Shown one piece after another: positions 63,071 through 64,000 of a DNA stretch of 64,000 nucleotides (positions within the stretch are counted from its first letter, which is position 1; the number at the start of each line of letters is the position of its first letter). This DNA is from Ginglymostoma cirratum. Its lineage: Eukaryota. The stretch lies in assembly GCA_024137785.1 (NCBI GenBank), contig JAHRHZ010000271.1:18983986-19047985 (forward strand). Reading direction: 5' to 3'. Under the pieces are notes generated by a model. It was not told the DNA's origin and did not search any database. It saw only the letters and a program-made list of their open reading frames with translations. The position numbers were made by a program, and so were the translations under genes.

Positions 63071-64000
63071 ATTTAAGAAAACTTCAGGCACTATTGGAAT
63101 TCAGTCTGTAATACACAGTGCCTAGTTCTAGTGAAGGAGTGGCGAGAGAAATATCCATCGCAAAGTATAATGTATTGATCAAAGGGCTAATTATTCCTGC
63201 CAGAGGAAGCCTGTTTTTTCAAGTTTGGGGAACCTGAAGCATGACACTACTTTCAGAGAAATTGGAGTGTCTCTGAACTGTATCCAAACTGTTTTTATTC
63301 TTGACCTTGGAGTAGTTAATACTGACAATGATACAAAGAGCAAAGAGTGAAAGTGTTGTGTGGCTGAGTTTGTGTAGACACAACGCTGTAAGAATAATTC
63401 TACAAAAGGTGCGTCTTTAAACAAAGCCTTTCTCATGTCTTCCTCAAAGAAATGCCAATAAATTAATCTGGATCAAATGAACAACAAACAAAACATTCCA
63501 TTGTTTATATCCTGAACCTTGGATCATTCTGTATCTTCAGGATCCATAAATGCAAACATTATCTGACTCTATCCAAAAACAATAATTTCCACAACAGCTA
63601 TCAGACAATATTGGCATTTTCAGTTATTTTCACATTAATTGTCAGCAACATCTTTCCAATTCCTAAACTGATTTCATTATCACTGTTTCAGGCATGGTCA
63701 GAATTTAATTGAAAAGATAGCATCTGCCATCAGGATTTTACTTTAATACTGAGAAGAAGACTATGCAGAGAATTTTACTTATTTTATCTTAGAACAGCAT
63801 TCAATTTCAGTGTACTCATTGGAAATGCATTGTTGAATTTCTTCTGTCAAATAGCTAGAAGCTTCATTTCCCATCGATCGTATAGAAAATACTTTCAGAC
63901 ACCTGGTAAGCTTGCAATGCTAGATATCCAGTATATGGTTCAGAATAACCTCAACAGGATGGGTTCAATTCCCATTCTGGCTGTGGTAGATTCGGGACGC

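Noticed and set aside
46010-64000. Exons of the expected neighbour IP6K3 or another host gene
   Set aside because: No recognisable coding motif with matching splice sites was found by eye; short exons or a long 3' UTR cannot be excluded.

Overview
Vertebrate genomic DNA, very probably a shark or other elasmobranch (inferred from HE1-type V-SINEs, Deu-domain SINEs and CR1/HER1-type LINEs). It holds two host genes arranged tail-to-tail: the last five coding exons and 3' UTR of ITPR3 (+ strand, 2916-12674), and the complete four-exon UQCC2 gene (- strand, CDS 34117 to 23043, 127 aa) with a YY1/E-box promoter. The rest is mostly decayed mobile DNA: Penelope-like elements (PLE; RT + GIY-YIG), two long CR1 LINEs, RTE and L2 fragments, SINEs, probable solo LTRs and a Harbinger-like Myb/SANT remnant. 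The most striking non-gene signal is about 15 minimal hammerhead ribozyme motifs (CTGANGA-helix II-GAAACGTC type) carried by PLE terminal repeats of at least three sequence families. They occur as single copies, as a head-to-tail dimer, and as TSD-flanked fold-back insertions; one intact copy lies in sense orientation just upstream of UQCC2. The last ITPR3 intron has a non-canonical GC donor. All calls come from reading the sequence by eye and from recalled family knowledge; no searches were run, and repeat boundaries are approximate.
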